NCBI GenBank assembly: GCA_039621445.1
Contig: CP154954.1
Coordinates: 21,066,642 to 21,130,641 of the forward strand
Source: Euglena gracilis
Lineage: Eukaryota
Direction of reading: 5' to 3'
DNA length: 64,000 bases
Numbering within the stretch: position 1 is the first letter of the stretch; every line of letters starts with the position of its first letter. Under the pieces are notes generated by a model. The model did not search any database and was not told where the DNA came from. It saw only the letters and a program-made list of their open reading frames with translations. Of the stretch, positions 24,390 to 38,100 are shown in pieces. Both the position numbers and the translations under genes were made by a program.

Positions 24390-25884
24390 CAGTGGCCACA
24401 GACAGTTTGAACTGCCCTCTGGACATGTTCTCAGAAGTTTATGCAAACCCTTCCTGGTCTGTGCTGAGCCAGTGGTTCCTGAGGTTAAAAGAACACAGAC
24501 ATCTAAGACGCCTTCTGATTTGCCCCCTGTGGGTTTCAGCTGTGTGGTGGCACTTGTTAATAAAGCTACACATTCCACCCTCCCTGGTGATGCAAACATT
24601 TCCACAGTGGGGTTTATGAACTGCTGAAAAATGTGCATGACATTTTTGAAAGTGAAATGGTTTAAACTGTAGTACCCTGGGTCGAAGTGCCATCTGCTGA
24701 TGGCATCACTTTTCATGGTTTGGGAGGGAGCCCAGTGAACTTGGAGGGTGACGTCCATTTCCATGCACCACTTCAGAAAAGGTCTGATGAGTTTGTTCAG
24801 GTGGGGCATTCTTCCCCCCCGCTTGAGGAAATAGTAGTAGGAAACTTTGTTGTCCACTGTTAGGGACACTGTGTCCATTTTTCTGGCCAAAGACCTTACA
24901 GTGGAGATGGCTGCAATCAATTTTTTTACATTTATATGTAAGTGAGAATTCTTTCGCCAAAATTCCTGCAACTGGGTTCCAGCTTGTAGGTCTAGGCCCC
25001 CCCAACCAAAAGTTGAACTGTCTGACTCCAGGTGTCTGGTTTCTTGGCTTGGGAAGGGTCTCCCCACCAGGTCTGCAAAATTTCTCGTACCTCTCTCAGT
25101 TGAGATTTTACCTCATCTGAGATTGGAACTTGATGATCCCAGCCGATTTTTTCTTGTAGGTTGACAAAACCTACCAAAGTGTCTGTTAATGCCCTGAGGA
25201 CGGGCAGCCCCACCAGGAAGCTTCTTATGCACCCCAAAGTTGAGGCCATCTTTCTGCAACTGAGGGACTGGTGTGTGACCAATTTTCCCAGTACCCTCGG
25301 GACCAGTTTTAGCTTTTCTGCCCCCAACTGTAACTCTCCTGGTGCCAGGTTGAGGTGGAACCCCAAATGTGGGAGATTTTGGGTGGGTTGAAAGATCTAT
25401 TTCTTGCTGTTGATTTTGAAACCCCTGTAGTAAATCTGCCAGCATGATGGCCAGGTGGTTGCTGACTTGCTTCTGGCTGTCCCCCAGCAGGAGGATGTCC
25501 TCCAGGTACACAAAGCAGAAAAGGCTTTTGGCCCTCCAACCTTTTTCCAGGCACTTCATGAGGCAAATGAACTTTTCTGGCAGCACACTTAAACCAAAGC
25601 AAGCTGCCTGTAATTCCCAGAATGTTTCCTCCAGAACCATCCTCATGTAGGGTCTTAGGGTTGGGTTCAACACAAAATGAAAGTAGGCGTCCTTTAAGTC
25701 TACTTTCGCTCCCCATTGTCCTTTCTTTAGGTGCCTGAAGTTGACCTGGATGTTGTCCAGTTTGAAAGAGGTGTGGGGAAAAGTGCTGGTTTAGTTGGCG
25801 ACAATCGCTTATTAAACGATGTTTTTCTCCCTGAGGCTCCTTTTTGGACATTGCAAACCAAGGGAAGATGTGTTGGGTACACAG

Positions 25885-28800
25885 TGTTGGGGGTCCGGGA
25901 CCCTTCTCCTCCGGGGGGCTGCCGGGGCTGCAACTTCCTTTTTCTGGCCCTGGTGGGCTCAGGCCAGGGCCTTTGTGAAATTGGGCCCCGTTTTCGAACA
26001 TGCCAACCGGCGGTAAAGGGGGTGAGGTGTGCCCCCCCGACCCGGGGTCCCCAGTTGCCCCGCGTAGGATCTTTTTTTCCCTCCACTGTTGTTTTTTTCC
26101 CATTTCTCAACTTTTGGTACAAAGGGTGGACAAAGACAAACCAACCCACCTACTTAGGATCAAACAGCAGAGCACAACAAACCTGGGAGTTGAGAGGGTG
26201 GGTGAGTACCTTTGAGATCAGGTGAGTTGTGGGGCAAGAAAACAAAAATGTGGAATGGAATGCCTTGGCTTCTTATGGATTGTCAATTCTTTTGTGTATC
26301 TTTCTTCAATTCTTTCTGGAATTCCCAAATGACTTCTTTGCTTGAATTTGCTGTGGTTCCAATTCCTCGTGCGTGGCGATTGACCTGCTTGGGTGGTTCC
26401 TACTGGGGGTTTTTGGGAATTTTCTGGGAAATGTTTGGTTGCCGACGCCAGCGGCAGCCGACACCCCCTCCCTTGCGACGTTGGTCGGACCCGTTTTTCT
26501 GCCCCCCCCCCCCGAACAAAAACGGGGAGAGTGAAGTCGATTTTTTTTGTGGGGGGGGCGAAAATTCTGCGTTTTTGTTTTTGAAACGGGTCCTGTCGCT
26601 TTTTTTTGAAAATCTGCGTTACGAGTCGGACCCCCCCCCAGCCATAATATCGGGCGCCTTGGGGGACTCAGAAAAATCAAGTCTGCGGGGAACAACCCCC
26701 ACCCCTTTCCTCCGACAAGCATGGGGAACGGGACTTTGGACACAAAATCTGAAAATTCTGAGCGAAACCAACTCTGGGCACTCTACCCCAAGGCCTAAGT
26801 CCCACGCTGCCCCCTTGGTGAAAATTATTTGTTATTTTTTTGGCAGCTTTCCTTATGCGAGGCTTCATTCGATTTCGATTTTTTTAAAAAAAAATATCAG
26901 GGAGTTTGGCCAACAGTGCCTCAGAAAACAAATTGTGTGGGGAAAGAGAAAACAGAAACCTAGGCATTCCTTTCCAATTCGGGACAGAAGAGGTAAAAGG
27001 TAAGAAAAAGCAAACGGTGAGGCGCAAAGGTGAGACGGTTATATGGGGGAATAGTGTACAGATGGGTGTGCAGGTTGGTGTGCAATTGTGTGTTTTGTGT
27101 GTGTGCACGCTCACTTCCTTGTCATGCATTCCAACTGAAAATGACTTGGTCGATCGATTTTTTTTGAATGCAAAGAGAACAGGGATTCAGATTGGCCCTC
27201 GGCCACTATATCACAGGACTTTAGTGCCCACGTGGCTGGGTTTTTTTTTCTGTTGGCCCACACCAGGGCCTATGGACGGAAGAGGGGTCATATCCTGTCC
27301 AGGGTCCCCCCCCCCCGAGTTCAGATGCCTCCAAGCTGTGTTCCATGAAGAAGAAAAAAATGCCTTTGGCGAATGTCCACCATCCAAACCGAAGCAAAAA
27401 TCTGAGTTTTAAAATCCCAACTCGTTTTTAATCCTCCAGAAAAATTATCAAAATCCCTGGTTTTTCCCAACTTTTTGTGTAAAAATCCTCCAGCAATGAA
27501 AATCCTCAAACATTCAAAAATCTGAGTCCAATCCTGGGCCTACAAAAGCCCTCAACAAGATCCAGAATTACACCTGCCATATACAACAAACAAAGTCCAA
27601 CCGAGAGCAACCAACCCAACAGAAGCAACATCCAGCAGCATACCGAGGGGCCAGGCCAATCCAGCCCTACCCTGGGTCCAACCGATTCACTGGAGCCGTA
27701 AAACCAACAAAGCCGGCTTGCCAATTAAAATTCACTGCCCCCCCCCCCAGTCACACTGGGCATTGGGGGTCAAATGACATGGCAAACTCAAAAATACTGA
27801 AAATTCAAACCCAATTTTCTCAGCCAAGGCGATTTTTCGCTGCCCCCCCCCCTTGTCACATGGGGCCATGGGGGTCATTCTGGCTTCAGCCTCCAAACAA
27901 AAAAATCTCAAACCTGGGCCAATATCCAGACCGGCTGAAATCACAATCCCCACCCCAAAATGACATTCGGGACAAGAACCGAAAACTGAAAACTCTGAAA
28001 CTGAAAATGAAAGATCATTGATCTGGCTGCCTGAACACTAGGAGAAATTCCCAAGCATCGTGGCTGGGCGTCTCCATTTAAGTGGAAAGCAACTGGGGAG
28101 AAACATGCACCCCAGAAACCAGATTCAAAAAATGTTTGACTTGGCTGTTTTTCCATAAGTCAAACTCTGTGAACTGAAAATCCAGATTATGTCTCCAGGC
28201 TGATTGCACATCTGCCTCCAACACTAGATCACCGTGAAAAAAATATCAAAAAAAAATCACAAAACAACCCACAGAAACATACTCGACACTGTAAAGTGCT
28301 ATGCTGTGCCAGTCAGTGGTCAGACCTGTGCTGAAAGAAAAATCACCACCACCACTGATATGGTGGAAACCACCCCCAGCTGTTCCATGGATTTAAATGC
28401 CTGTCCCAACCCCACCAATCTTGAAACCAACTTGGACACAAAAATTGAAAGTCATTCCAACTGTTTTTGGCAGGCCTCCAGAATTTTTTTGTCTGTCTGA
28501 ATTTTCTTGGCTGTGCGGCAAAATCCGAGGAAGATTTCTCAGAAGACACTGATGACGGCTGCAAATTTGTGACATGTCAAGAATTCAGGTTCACAGGCAC
28601 AAATTTTTCTGGACTTGTTAATTTCAGTTCACTGGCTGCAACTTTTCAGCGATTTGCAGTTCCAACGTTTTTATTTGCTCGGTCAACCTTCCGATTTCCA
28701 CTTCTGCCTTTCCCAATGAATATGTCACCTCTTTCAGCTGTTTCGTCAGAGCCTCGCCCTCAACATTCAGGGACTGAATCTTGTTAATTACCCACTTTGA

Positions 28801-29659
28801 GTTTCGATTCAAAAAATCCGTTTCTGTGTCCTGTTCCTCTGAGTGGCTGGGCTCACTTGACAAACTCCGCCAAAATTTTTCAATGTGATTAATTCTGCAT
28901 TCCAAACTACTCAGTGTGCATTGCATTGGATCTTCAGGAGAACCCACAATTAAAGCCCACAGAACACCAACCTTCAGGAACAAACCCTCAACTGGAAGAC
29001 TTTGAGGTTGAGATTTGTCATCGACCGAATCCAAAAATTCTTCACTGACAGAGTCAGTGAAGCAACCCCTGCGTACCATGTTGGGGGTCCGGGACCCTTC
29101 TCGCCCGGGGGGGCTTCCGGGGCTGCAACTTCCTTTTTCTGGCCCTGGTGGGCTCAGGCCAGGGCCTTTGTGAAATTGGGCCCCGTTTTCGAACATGCCA
29201 ACCGGCGGTAAAGGGGGTGAGGTGTGCCCCCCCGACCCGGGGTCCCCAGTTGCCCCGCGTAGGATGAGTTTTTCCCTCCACTGTTGTTTTTTTCCCATTT
29301 CTCAACTTTTGGTCCAAAGGGTGGACAAAGACAAACCAACCCACCTACGGAGGATCAAACAGCAGAGCACAACAAACCTGGGAGTTGAGAGGGTGGGTGA
29401 GTACCTTTGAGATCAGGTGAGTTGTGGGGCAAAAAAACAAAAATGTGGAATGGAATGCCTTGGCTTCTTATGGATTATCAATTCTTTTGTGTATCTTTCT
29501 TCAATTCTTTCTGAAATTCCAAAATGACTTCTTTGCTTGAATTTGCTGGGGTTCCAATTCCTCGTGCGTGGCGGTTGACTTGCTTGGGTGGTTCCTACTG
29601 GGGTTTTTTGGGGAATTTTCTGGGAAATGTTTGGCTGCCGACGCCAGCGGCAGCCGACA
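25885..29659 (-). mobile_element. Non-autonomous LTR retroelement (3.8 kb) inserted in the DIRS RT
   Basis: About 580-bp TG...CA direct repeats 25885-26463 and 29079-29659; PBS TGGTACGCAGGGG (29066-29078); purine tract next to 26463; imperfect TSD ACAG/CCAG; no pol motifs seen. Confidence 0.85.
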
Positions 29660-30956
29660 CCAGGAGACTGGTCTTATGGCTCCTGCTTGGAAATAGTCTT
29701 GCAAAGTATTTTTTGCCTTTTAAATTTCCACCTCTGATTTTGGTATAGAAAATGTGCCGAGGGAGGGGGGTGACTCCCAAGGGGGGGGTTACCCCCTGTG
29801 TGATGAGTTGCAACACCCTGGGGGGGGGGGCAACTTTCTGCCACCATGGCAAATGGGTCTGAAGTCTCTGAAACAGAGGCACTCCCAAAAAGTGCTCTTC
29901 TGTCAGCAGCAGCACCTCGGTGATCTGCTCCACAGATCTCAAGCATGCAGCTTCCCACAGCCTGCAAATGTCTTGGCTTCTGCCCCTCAGGGATGGTTGA
30001 GTTTCTGTCACAATGCCCAACTCTGGAGGACACAATGTCCTTTTGGAACTTGAGGAGTTCTGATCTGAAAAGGAGGGAGCAATACTTCCTGGCAAGGTGG
30101 TTGGCAAACCATTTTCCTCCTGTGGACTTGCCTTTCCCTTTGGGGACAGACCTCCATGGTCTCGCTTGCCAAACTGTCGGCCATTGCTTGAATTTCCACC
30201 CTTTTCAACCTGTGGGGGTGGGAAAATGCTACTTGGGGAATTCACACATGAAGGGGGGGCTGATACCCTCTTTGTTGATGCCAGCTTGGGCTTTGGCCAT
30301 TTTGATGTCGTCAGGGGTGAATAGGCCATTTCCTGGTTGTATGGTTTGAGGGATGCTCCTCCTCTTCCTCTCCTTGACAATGTCCCCTTCACAGGCAGCC
30401 ACACATGCAAAGAGCTGTTGGCTCAAACCCAATACGTCCTCAGGGGCTCCTTGCAAGGTGCAGTGCAGCGCTGCCAAGATACGTAAGATATTCAAGAGTT
30501 TCTGCTGTACTGCACGCAGAGCGCGGTCATACACACTCTTACCATCTTGACGGTGGTTATTTTCTACCGCCTTGGACTTCAGGGTCTTCCAGGTTGGTAT
30601 CTGTTCCAGTAAACTTCGAACTTCCATACATAAGTCCCCAGACTGTACCTGTGTCCATATCCTCTCCAGGTCCCCCGGCAGTGCCTCCTCGGCCGTTTGC
30701 AAGGGGAAGTCCGAGGCTTCCTCTGCCGCGCGCGCTGCCTCCTCGTCGCGATCGTCGTCGTCGCCGTTGTCCACTTCTCGTAAAGCTTGAAGGCCACGTC
30801 CGACGCCTTGTCGCTCAACTCCAGTGACGGTATCGAGACGTTCTTCGTAAGGGCCAAGCTGTAAACGTATGCCGCTAAGTAAGGTTGAAGTGTAGACTCC
30901 ACCATAGCCACTCCAATGAGCTTCCTTACGGCAAGGGAAAAGCGGGTTGTACCTCA

Positions 30957-31834
30957 ACTGGCCCCAGTCCACTTCTGACCTGGCCCAATCGTGGCCATCA
31001 CGGTGGTAGCGTCCGCGTCTCGTAAGAAGGCTTTTGTTAGCGATTCTTGTAAGAAAAGACTCCTCCACGCCGCTTCGAAGGCCTCTTTGTCCGTCTCGTC
31101 TTGCAGGTGTGTAAATTGCATGATCAGCTTGAACAGTTGGTTGCAGCTCCGTGCCAAAAGGACGATTATGATCCGCCTTCTCCGGAAAAGAAAAGCAGTA
31201 AGAAACACCACAACCAACACCAAAAACACAAAAACAACAGCCGGAAAGAAGCAGGACCCCACTGGGGTCTTTTGCGGAGCCGGAGCTGTCGTTCAGTTTG
31301 TGCCCTTTTCAAGAGGCAGACGATGGGGGGAGACGCCAAGCACGGATTCCTGACCCCCCCCCAAAAAACACAGCAAAACACCGCTAGCGAGCAAGACTGG
31401 CCCCAGTCCACTTCTGACCTGGCCCAATCGTGGCCATCACGGTGGTAGCGTCCGCGTCTCGTAAGAAGGCTGTTGTTAGCGATTCTTGTAAGAAAAGACT
31501 GCTCCACGCCGCTTCGAAGGCCTCTTTGTCCGTCTCGTCTTGCAGGTGTGTAAATTGCATGATCAGCTTGAACAGTTGGTTGCAGCTCCGTGCCAAAAGG
31601 ACGATTATGATCCGCCTACTCCGGAAAAGAAAAGCAGTAAGAAACACCACACCCAACACCAAAAACACAAAAACAACAGCCGGAAAGAAGCAGGACCCCA
31701 CTGGGGTCTTTTGCGGATCCGGAGCTGTCGTTCAGTTTGTGCCCTTTTCAAGAGGCAGACGATGGGGGGAGACGCCAAGCACGGATTCCTGACCCCCAAA
31801 AAAAAAACACAGCAAAACACTGCTAGCGAGCAAG
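30957..31834. repeat. 439-bp tandem duplication covering the DIRS gag start
   Basis: 30957-31395 is nearly identical to 31396-31834; ACTGGCCCC at all three boundaries. Confidence 0.9.
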
Positions 31835-34800
31835 ACTGGCCCCCCAAAGGCAAAGGGCGGAGCCCCAGGCGGAATCAGCGGAAAAAGACACAAGACAGCG
31901 CACATGACACAAGATATTTGTGTTGCGCCTTCGGTGTCCCTTCCCACCTGGTCGGTTTTCCTCCAGGGGGTACGGAAAATGGGGAGTTCGCTTCGATCCG
32001 AACATTTTGCCTCTGCGGGGCCCAAAAAAAAAGCGTGAGCAACTTTCAATGGCGGTAGATAGAACAGTGACATGGGTCATGCGTCATGCGGCGCCAGACA
32101 TCTCTTTGTACGCACGAATCAATTCTGGAGTCTGCTCCTGCAGCTGGGTGAAGTGCCGCTCCCACAGCACGTGAAGGTCATGGAACAAATTGAAGGCGGG
32201 CTGCAGCAACCCACAGAAAGGGGAAGAACACCAAAAAGAGTGACAAAAAAAGAACTTGCCAGAGCGAATCCAAATTGTGTCAAAAACGGATGGCTGGTGA
32301 TAAAATCGCGTTTCAAGCAGTGGTTTGCAGGAAGCAGGGGAATTGCTAGTTTGACATACAAGGAGAGGGAATGCTGATGGCTAGAAAAACGAGGCATGAG
32401 CTGTTGCGCCATGCGATGAAATTAATCAACGAACCAACTGATTAGCCAACTGTCCCAACCGTTGACGGTTGAAAATTAACCAACCAGTGGACGTGGCCGC
32501 AATTATGTCTAACCGACCATAACTCCGAGTTAACCAACCAATTGATCACTTGGCACTATTTGTGCGCCTTTTGTGTCAATCAAAATCAAGTCAATCAAAT
32601 GGTTGTGAAGTGGATAAGATGAAATAGTGTTTTTCCAAAACGTTGGGATGAACCACAACTAGGAAGCCATTCCTGCCATTCCGTCATTCTTTTCTGATAA
32701 CTCACATGTTGTCTGTTTTCTTCTTGCATTCTGATCAATCAGTGATCCATGCGTGCACATCAGCATGTTACAACCACAGAAATTTCTTCATGTTTGGTGC
32801 TCCTTGGAAGGGCTTTCCCTGAGCGATCCGGATAACTCCAACTGCGCGGTTCACTACAATTGACTTCGGCTGTTGCTCAAACTTGTTTTACTTGACAAGC
32901 CGAGGGGTTGCTTTTGAACCAAACAGTCAGCATAGGAAAATATCCCTCGGTCTTACAGGTGACGTTTAGATGGGAAAAGGCATCCTTACCACATAAAAGC
33001 AATCCAAATGTGGCCCTTGAGGCAAAATTGCAACAAAATATCGCAGCAAACCAATCAGAAACAACCGCCACTAGAATTACAATCTCTTGCTCGTTCCCTT
33101 GTGTACATTTTTTGCGCTGCTCCTTGGGGGGTGCTGAGGCGTGTAGGGGGTTACTTAACAACTCCGGCAGCTGTTCACCACATACCCCCACCCCACTTTT
33201 CAAGCAACGGCTCGTTTGCCCTGCGTGTCGTTATATCCCCCAACGTATTGTTTGGGACCAACTTGCCCCCACCAATAAACTGGGGGTGGATAACCCCCAA
33301 TTACGCCAAATCCAAACCATGCACAAATTCCTTTCCTTGCTTGCTCGAAAAATTTCGATTTTTTTTTGCCCAAATCCATGTTTTTTGATCTCCCGGACCC
33401 GAAAAAAGGGTTTTCGGGCTAAAAATGAGCGTTTTTTTTTTTGACCCCCGGCCCCCCTGTTTTGGGCCCGAATTCTATGGATTTTGGGTCAAGAAGAAAA
33501 GTCGAAGAAAAGTCGAAATTTTTTTTGCCCAAAACGATGTTTTTTGACCTCTCGGACCTGGAAAAGGTGTTTCTGAGCCGAAAATTTGCCGGGCCGCCGC
33601 CCGCCGGCCGGGCCGGGCCGGGGTGGTCTCCCAAAGAGCTCAGCTCTATGTCACACCCTGGTCCGGCCGAGCCCCCCCCCCCCCCCCGGAGTCCCCCCAG
33701 GGGGGATATACTTTTCGGCGCCGAAAATGCTGAAGTTTTTTTTTGAAAAAAGGTGTTATTTTTAGCATTTTTCGCAATTTCATGGCCATTTTCGGGGAAA
33801 AGTGGGTGTGGGGCCCACCCCCCCGGGGGGGGGGTGCCCCCCCCCCGGTCTTAAAAAAAACCCCTGGTTGGGGGCAAGGGGCACATCGTTGCGTGGTGTG
33901 CACCTGAGGCATTATCATGTCGCTTTCAAAACGTGGGATGGGCCGCCTTTGCTTGTCAGCACAGACTTTTTGACCCAAAAAATGGCTTAGTCCAACGGCC
34001 AGGGGGGGGGCCCAGCCAGGGCATGGGGGGGGGGATCCGGGTTGGAAAAAAAAATTTGCTCAAAAAACACTTTTTTTGATGTTCTAAAGTGAAAAAAAGT
34101 GACTTTGAGCAAAAAAAATTCAAAAATTTGGTTCATGACATGCCTCACGAAACTCCCCCACCCAGCCGCCCTCGGACCCCCCGCAGGGGTTCCGAACACC
34201 CAAAACTGGCCCAAAATCGCACAACCAGGCCCCGGGAACCTCAAAAAACGGTCAACCCCCCCCCCCTAAACCTGATGATTGACCCCCTGGTTTGGATCCC
34301 AACTCCTCATATAGCCCGAGATATGGCCAATGTACGGTTTCGGGCCCCGAACAGGCCTGAAATGGCCAAAACTGGCAAAACTGGCCCAAAACCACAAAAC
34401 GGCCATATCTCGGGCCCGGCGAGGAGTTGGCCCAAACCGCGCATACCGATCGATTGGGCGTCCCAAAGTTGTGGAATGAGGTACTCTTTACTTTTTCAAC
34501 TCCCCAGCGTTTTTGACATATTTTGAATTTTTCGATTTTTTTATCCCAAAAATGACCCCTTTTGCCTGTCCATGAAATTTCCTTTGGGAAAAAAACGGTA
34601 GACGACTTTTTTGCTCGGGCCATATCTCCGGACTGGTGGGAAGTTGGGGGCAAAGTGAGGGCTCTGGAGAAACTAGGGATCCTCTCCTAACCTGTAGGCT
34701 ATTAACTTTTCGGGTCTGGAAATCAGGTCACATCGATAATCCGCGGGTGCCATTGCCTACTCAGGGGGGGGGGGGGCGGGGGGCAGGGGGGGGGGGGGGC

Positions 34801-35109
34801 GGGGGGGGGGGGGGGGGCCCCCACAGCGCTGGAATTACACCAGAGTTACTCACCCGGCCATGGGGAGCAACAAAAGAGTACTGGTGTAAGGGGTCCCTGG
34901 CCGCTCACCACACAAATTGGGCCACAAGCGAAGTTGGCGCCGGTATTAAACAGACAAGAAGCCTTAGTGCAACTAAGGGAGGTCAGGGGGGTTTTGGGGG
35001 GGGTTTGGGGGGGGGGGGTAAGCTTCGCTCTTACTCTAAAGAGATAAGAGCTCAGCGACCCACCCACCCTCCCCCCCCCCCCCCCCCAGGGTCCAAGGCT
35101 AAAAAAACA

Positions 35110-38100
35110 TCTGTCCCCAGCCCGGGCGTGGGAGAGGCCCTGCACTTCCCCGCTGCGGGCGGCAGCCCCGGAGGCGTTGGCGAGGTGGTCCCACGGCTTC
35201 GGCCCCGCGAAGTGGATGATGGCGAGGTCCTCCACCCGCCACGCCCGGGGGAATGGCCCCGCCACACCCGGTGCGCGGGCGTGCGGCTGCAATGCGCCTT
35301 TGCGGGAGACAAGAACCTGTTGTCGTCCAACTGCCCAGGCGGCCGGAATTCACTCGTTGATGGGGGGTCCGGGGCTGGAAAAACGCTGCCGGCGGGCCGG
35401 CTGGGCCTCCCCCCCAGGGGCGGGGTCAGATTTTTTTAAGCTGTGCCCTGGACAAGGGTTTTCCATTGGCGGTGTTGGCCACATGGCGGGGAAAGCACAT
35501 CCCCAAAAGGCTGGGCTTCGGGATCTCATCGCAAAACTGTGTGAAAGGAAAATTTGTAATTGGGGGGGGGGTAGTTGTCTGGGTCTGAAAATGCCGGCGC
35601 TGCCTCAGAAATGGCCTTCCGTCTCGAAACTCAAAGACCTCCACGACTTCTTTCCCAATGCTCCTCAGGAGATTTTTGACAGCACTGTTCCGTTCCCTGT
35701 TCCCTTCTCTTCATTTCATGCGGAGGCAACTCATTTTGCAAGGAAAGCACCTTTTTCTCTGTACCCGTTTGGTCCCCTTTCCTGAAGTGAGGGCCGATTC
35801 CACACGGGCGCCATGGGTGTTTCTGTTCACCCCTCCACCTCCTCGGTTCTCGGGTCTCCCGAGATGTGCCGTCCCCACCCGTGGCCGAGCGGCGCCATCG
35901 GAGGCGGTTGCGGGGCAGCGACAGCACAATCTGGTCGGCGTTGTAGCGGTAGGACAGGTCCGGTCAGGGAGGACCGTGGCAGCCATACAGATAAACAGCT
36001 TGACTCAGCCACGTCCAGGGGAGGACAGACTTTTGCACACTCTGTCAGGGGCCTGGCTCTCATGCCAACGAGAAACCCTGTTGTTATGCAAGCCGGGGAA
36101 ATGATCAGGCAGGTCGGACACAGGTCTGGTTAAACATTTGCCTCAAACCCTCAAACCCTCAAACCCTGCCCGCAGGTGTAACCCCCCCTGTTTAAGTGCA
36201 CGGTGCCCAAGTGGTGTGCAGTGTCTAAATAAGGGTCACACCTCCCGAGGGCCCGAAAGTGATGTTCAAAAAAATGCACCCCCAAGAAAGCCACTTTACA
36301 CTGAACCCCTTGGTAGCAGTCAGGTTGTGCCCAACATAAGTTTCACACCCCTGAGGGTCCGAAACGATGGTCCAATAAAGTGCGCACCTCGTTTTGGGGG
36401 GGGGTTACCAAGGCCCAGCCAAAGACAGGGCCTTTGGGCTTCATCTCAGCCACTTGGCTGGGATGACGCCCCAGGAGGTGCCGGGGCCGCCCCGGGCACG
36501 TGCAGCGGTCTACGAAGTACGAGTTGAGGAAGCCGCCGTCGCCGCCGTCCCACGATGGCAGGTCCCGCATCCGCCGCAGCATATCCCGCCAGCCGGCGGG
36601 CCGGGCCATGTGGGGAACTTGATCCATTGGTGCATTAGGGTGGGTAAACCCCCCCAAGTAACATCCCCCGGTGTGTTATTTGGGCACCCGAGCTGGGGCC
36701 CCAGGGGGGGGGTGGGTGTTATTTGGGGGGGTATTTTTATATGGAAAACCAAACGAAAACAGGGGGGGTGTTATTTGGGCGCTTGAAATCGGCCCGGGGG
36801 GGAGTCGGCTGACTGGTCGGCCGACTACCACTGCCCCCCGCCCAACCGACTAGGCCTACTACCCACTACCCCCCCCCCAGTCTACTGTCTGCTGCCAATG
36901 AGCACACAAACAAACGCTTGGAATAGGGGGTCCACCTACCAGGACAGGGGTGGGGGGTCAACCGCCCCACCCAACACCCATGGGGTTCCGGGAACTGCCG
37001 AACAGCCCGGCTGCCAATGCTGCCGACGGGCGGGGGGCACCGCCAGTGGTTTCCATGCACTTGGTGACGTTCCCCGTGAGACGACACGAACACGGGGGAA
37101 ACTTGCAGGGGAGGAACGCTGCGAATGCGCTGCCGTTTTGAATAAACACTGAAGGAAGGGATTAGGGCAGACCCCCTGGGGGGATTGGCGTCCAACACGT
37201 CCGGATGGCTGCAATGAACCGCCCCGAACGATCTGTGCCTTCAAAGCATACAAGCAGTTAGTCACTGGCCGACCCCCCCTCCACAAGGGGGTGGGTGACT
37301 GGTTTTTTTTTCAGAATGAATGACTGGTTTTTGGACCGGACCTTCCCCCCCTCCCCCCCCCGGGGGGGGTCGACAAAAAACCCATTAAAATAACCCTGCA
37401 TCGAAGGCGCCAGGTCACCCCTCTAACTGATCTTGGCCTTTTTTCACGTTTCTGGAATTTTTCCCTTGGATTTCAGAGTGGCCGACCTGTAGGGGGTAAT
37501 GACTGACTGTTTTCCTGAAAAAAATGAGGGTTTTTTTTAGAAATGACTTGAAATCCCCACCTCCATCCTGGTGGGTGTTATGGCCCACCGGCTCTCCTGG
37601 AAGACCTCCGCGTCGGGCTGGAGCACCATCACGCCGGGGTTCCACATGTCACAGCAGTCACGGGCTGCGGCCACATGCTTGGCGGAGGGTGGGCCAGGGT
37701 GTGCCGCTTCAGGTGCCAGCCACTAAATCTCTGGCGATGGAGGTTGAACGATGGAACCGCCCACCGCACGCCACACAGACAGGGATGCTGGGGTCAGAAC
37801 CAGCAATGCTCACGCGGTATTCGTGTGTTGCTGAGCCAGAGGGGATAACCGAAGAAGGCATGTCCGCAACACATGACACACACTCCAGAGGGGGCCCTCT
37901 GGGGGGAGAGAATGGAGGTGGGCAGTGTCTTTGGTCGGCCATTTGCCACAACCTGGACAGATGTAGGCTGAAGAGCTCATCCACATTACTCAGTACCAGC
38001 GCAGGGCTGGGCCGAGCAGTAGAGGAGGGGATGAGATAAGAAAAATAAATGCGTAAAAAAATACAGAATGGAAGAACAGCCTCAAGAAAGTGGTTCATCA

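Larger units (their letters stand above)
23100..31900 (-). mobile_element. DIRS copy 3, interrupted by two LTR-type insertions and a local inversion
   Basis: YR with HSTRGAG (23100-23986); MT 24005-24580 inverted; RH SDSSTFGWGG, HINVK (24600-25067); RT 25070-25884 and 29660-29900; gag-like 30229-31121. Confidence 0.85.

Noticed and set aside
32000-34800. Short ORFs and G/C-run-rich repeats
   Set aside because: No protein motifs and no matched TIR/TSD pair could be established by eye.
37709-37958. Continuation of ORF 37709-38101 as coding sequence
   Set aside because: It ends in a stop; GT8 homology resumes at about 37691, and paired CAGG/CCTG ends mark it as an intron.
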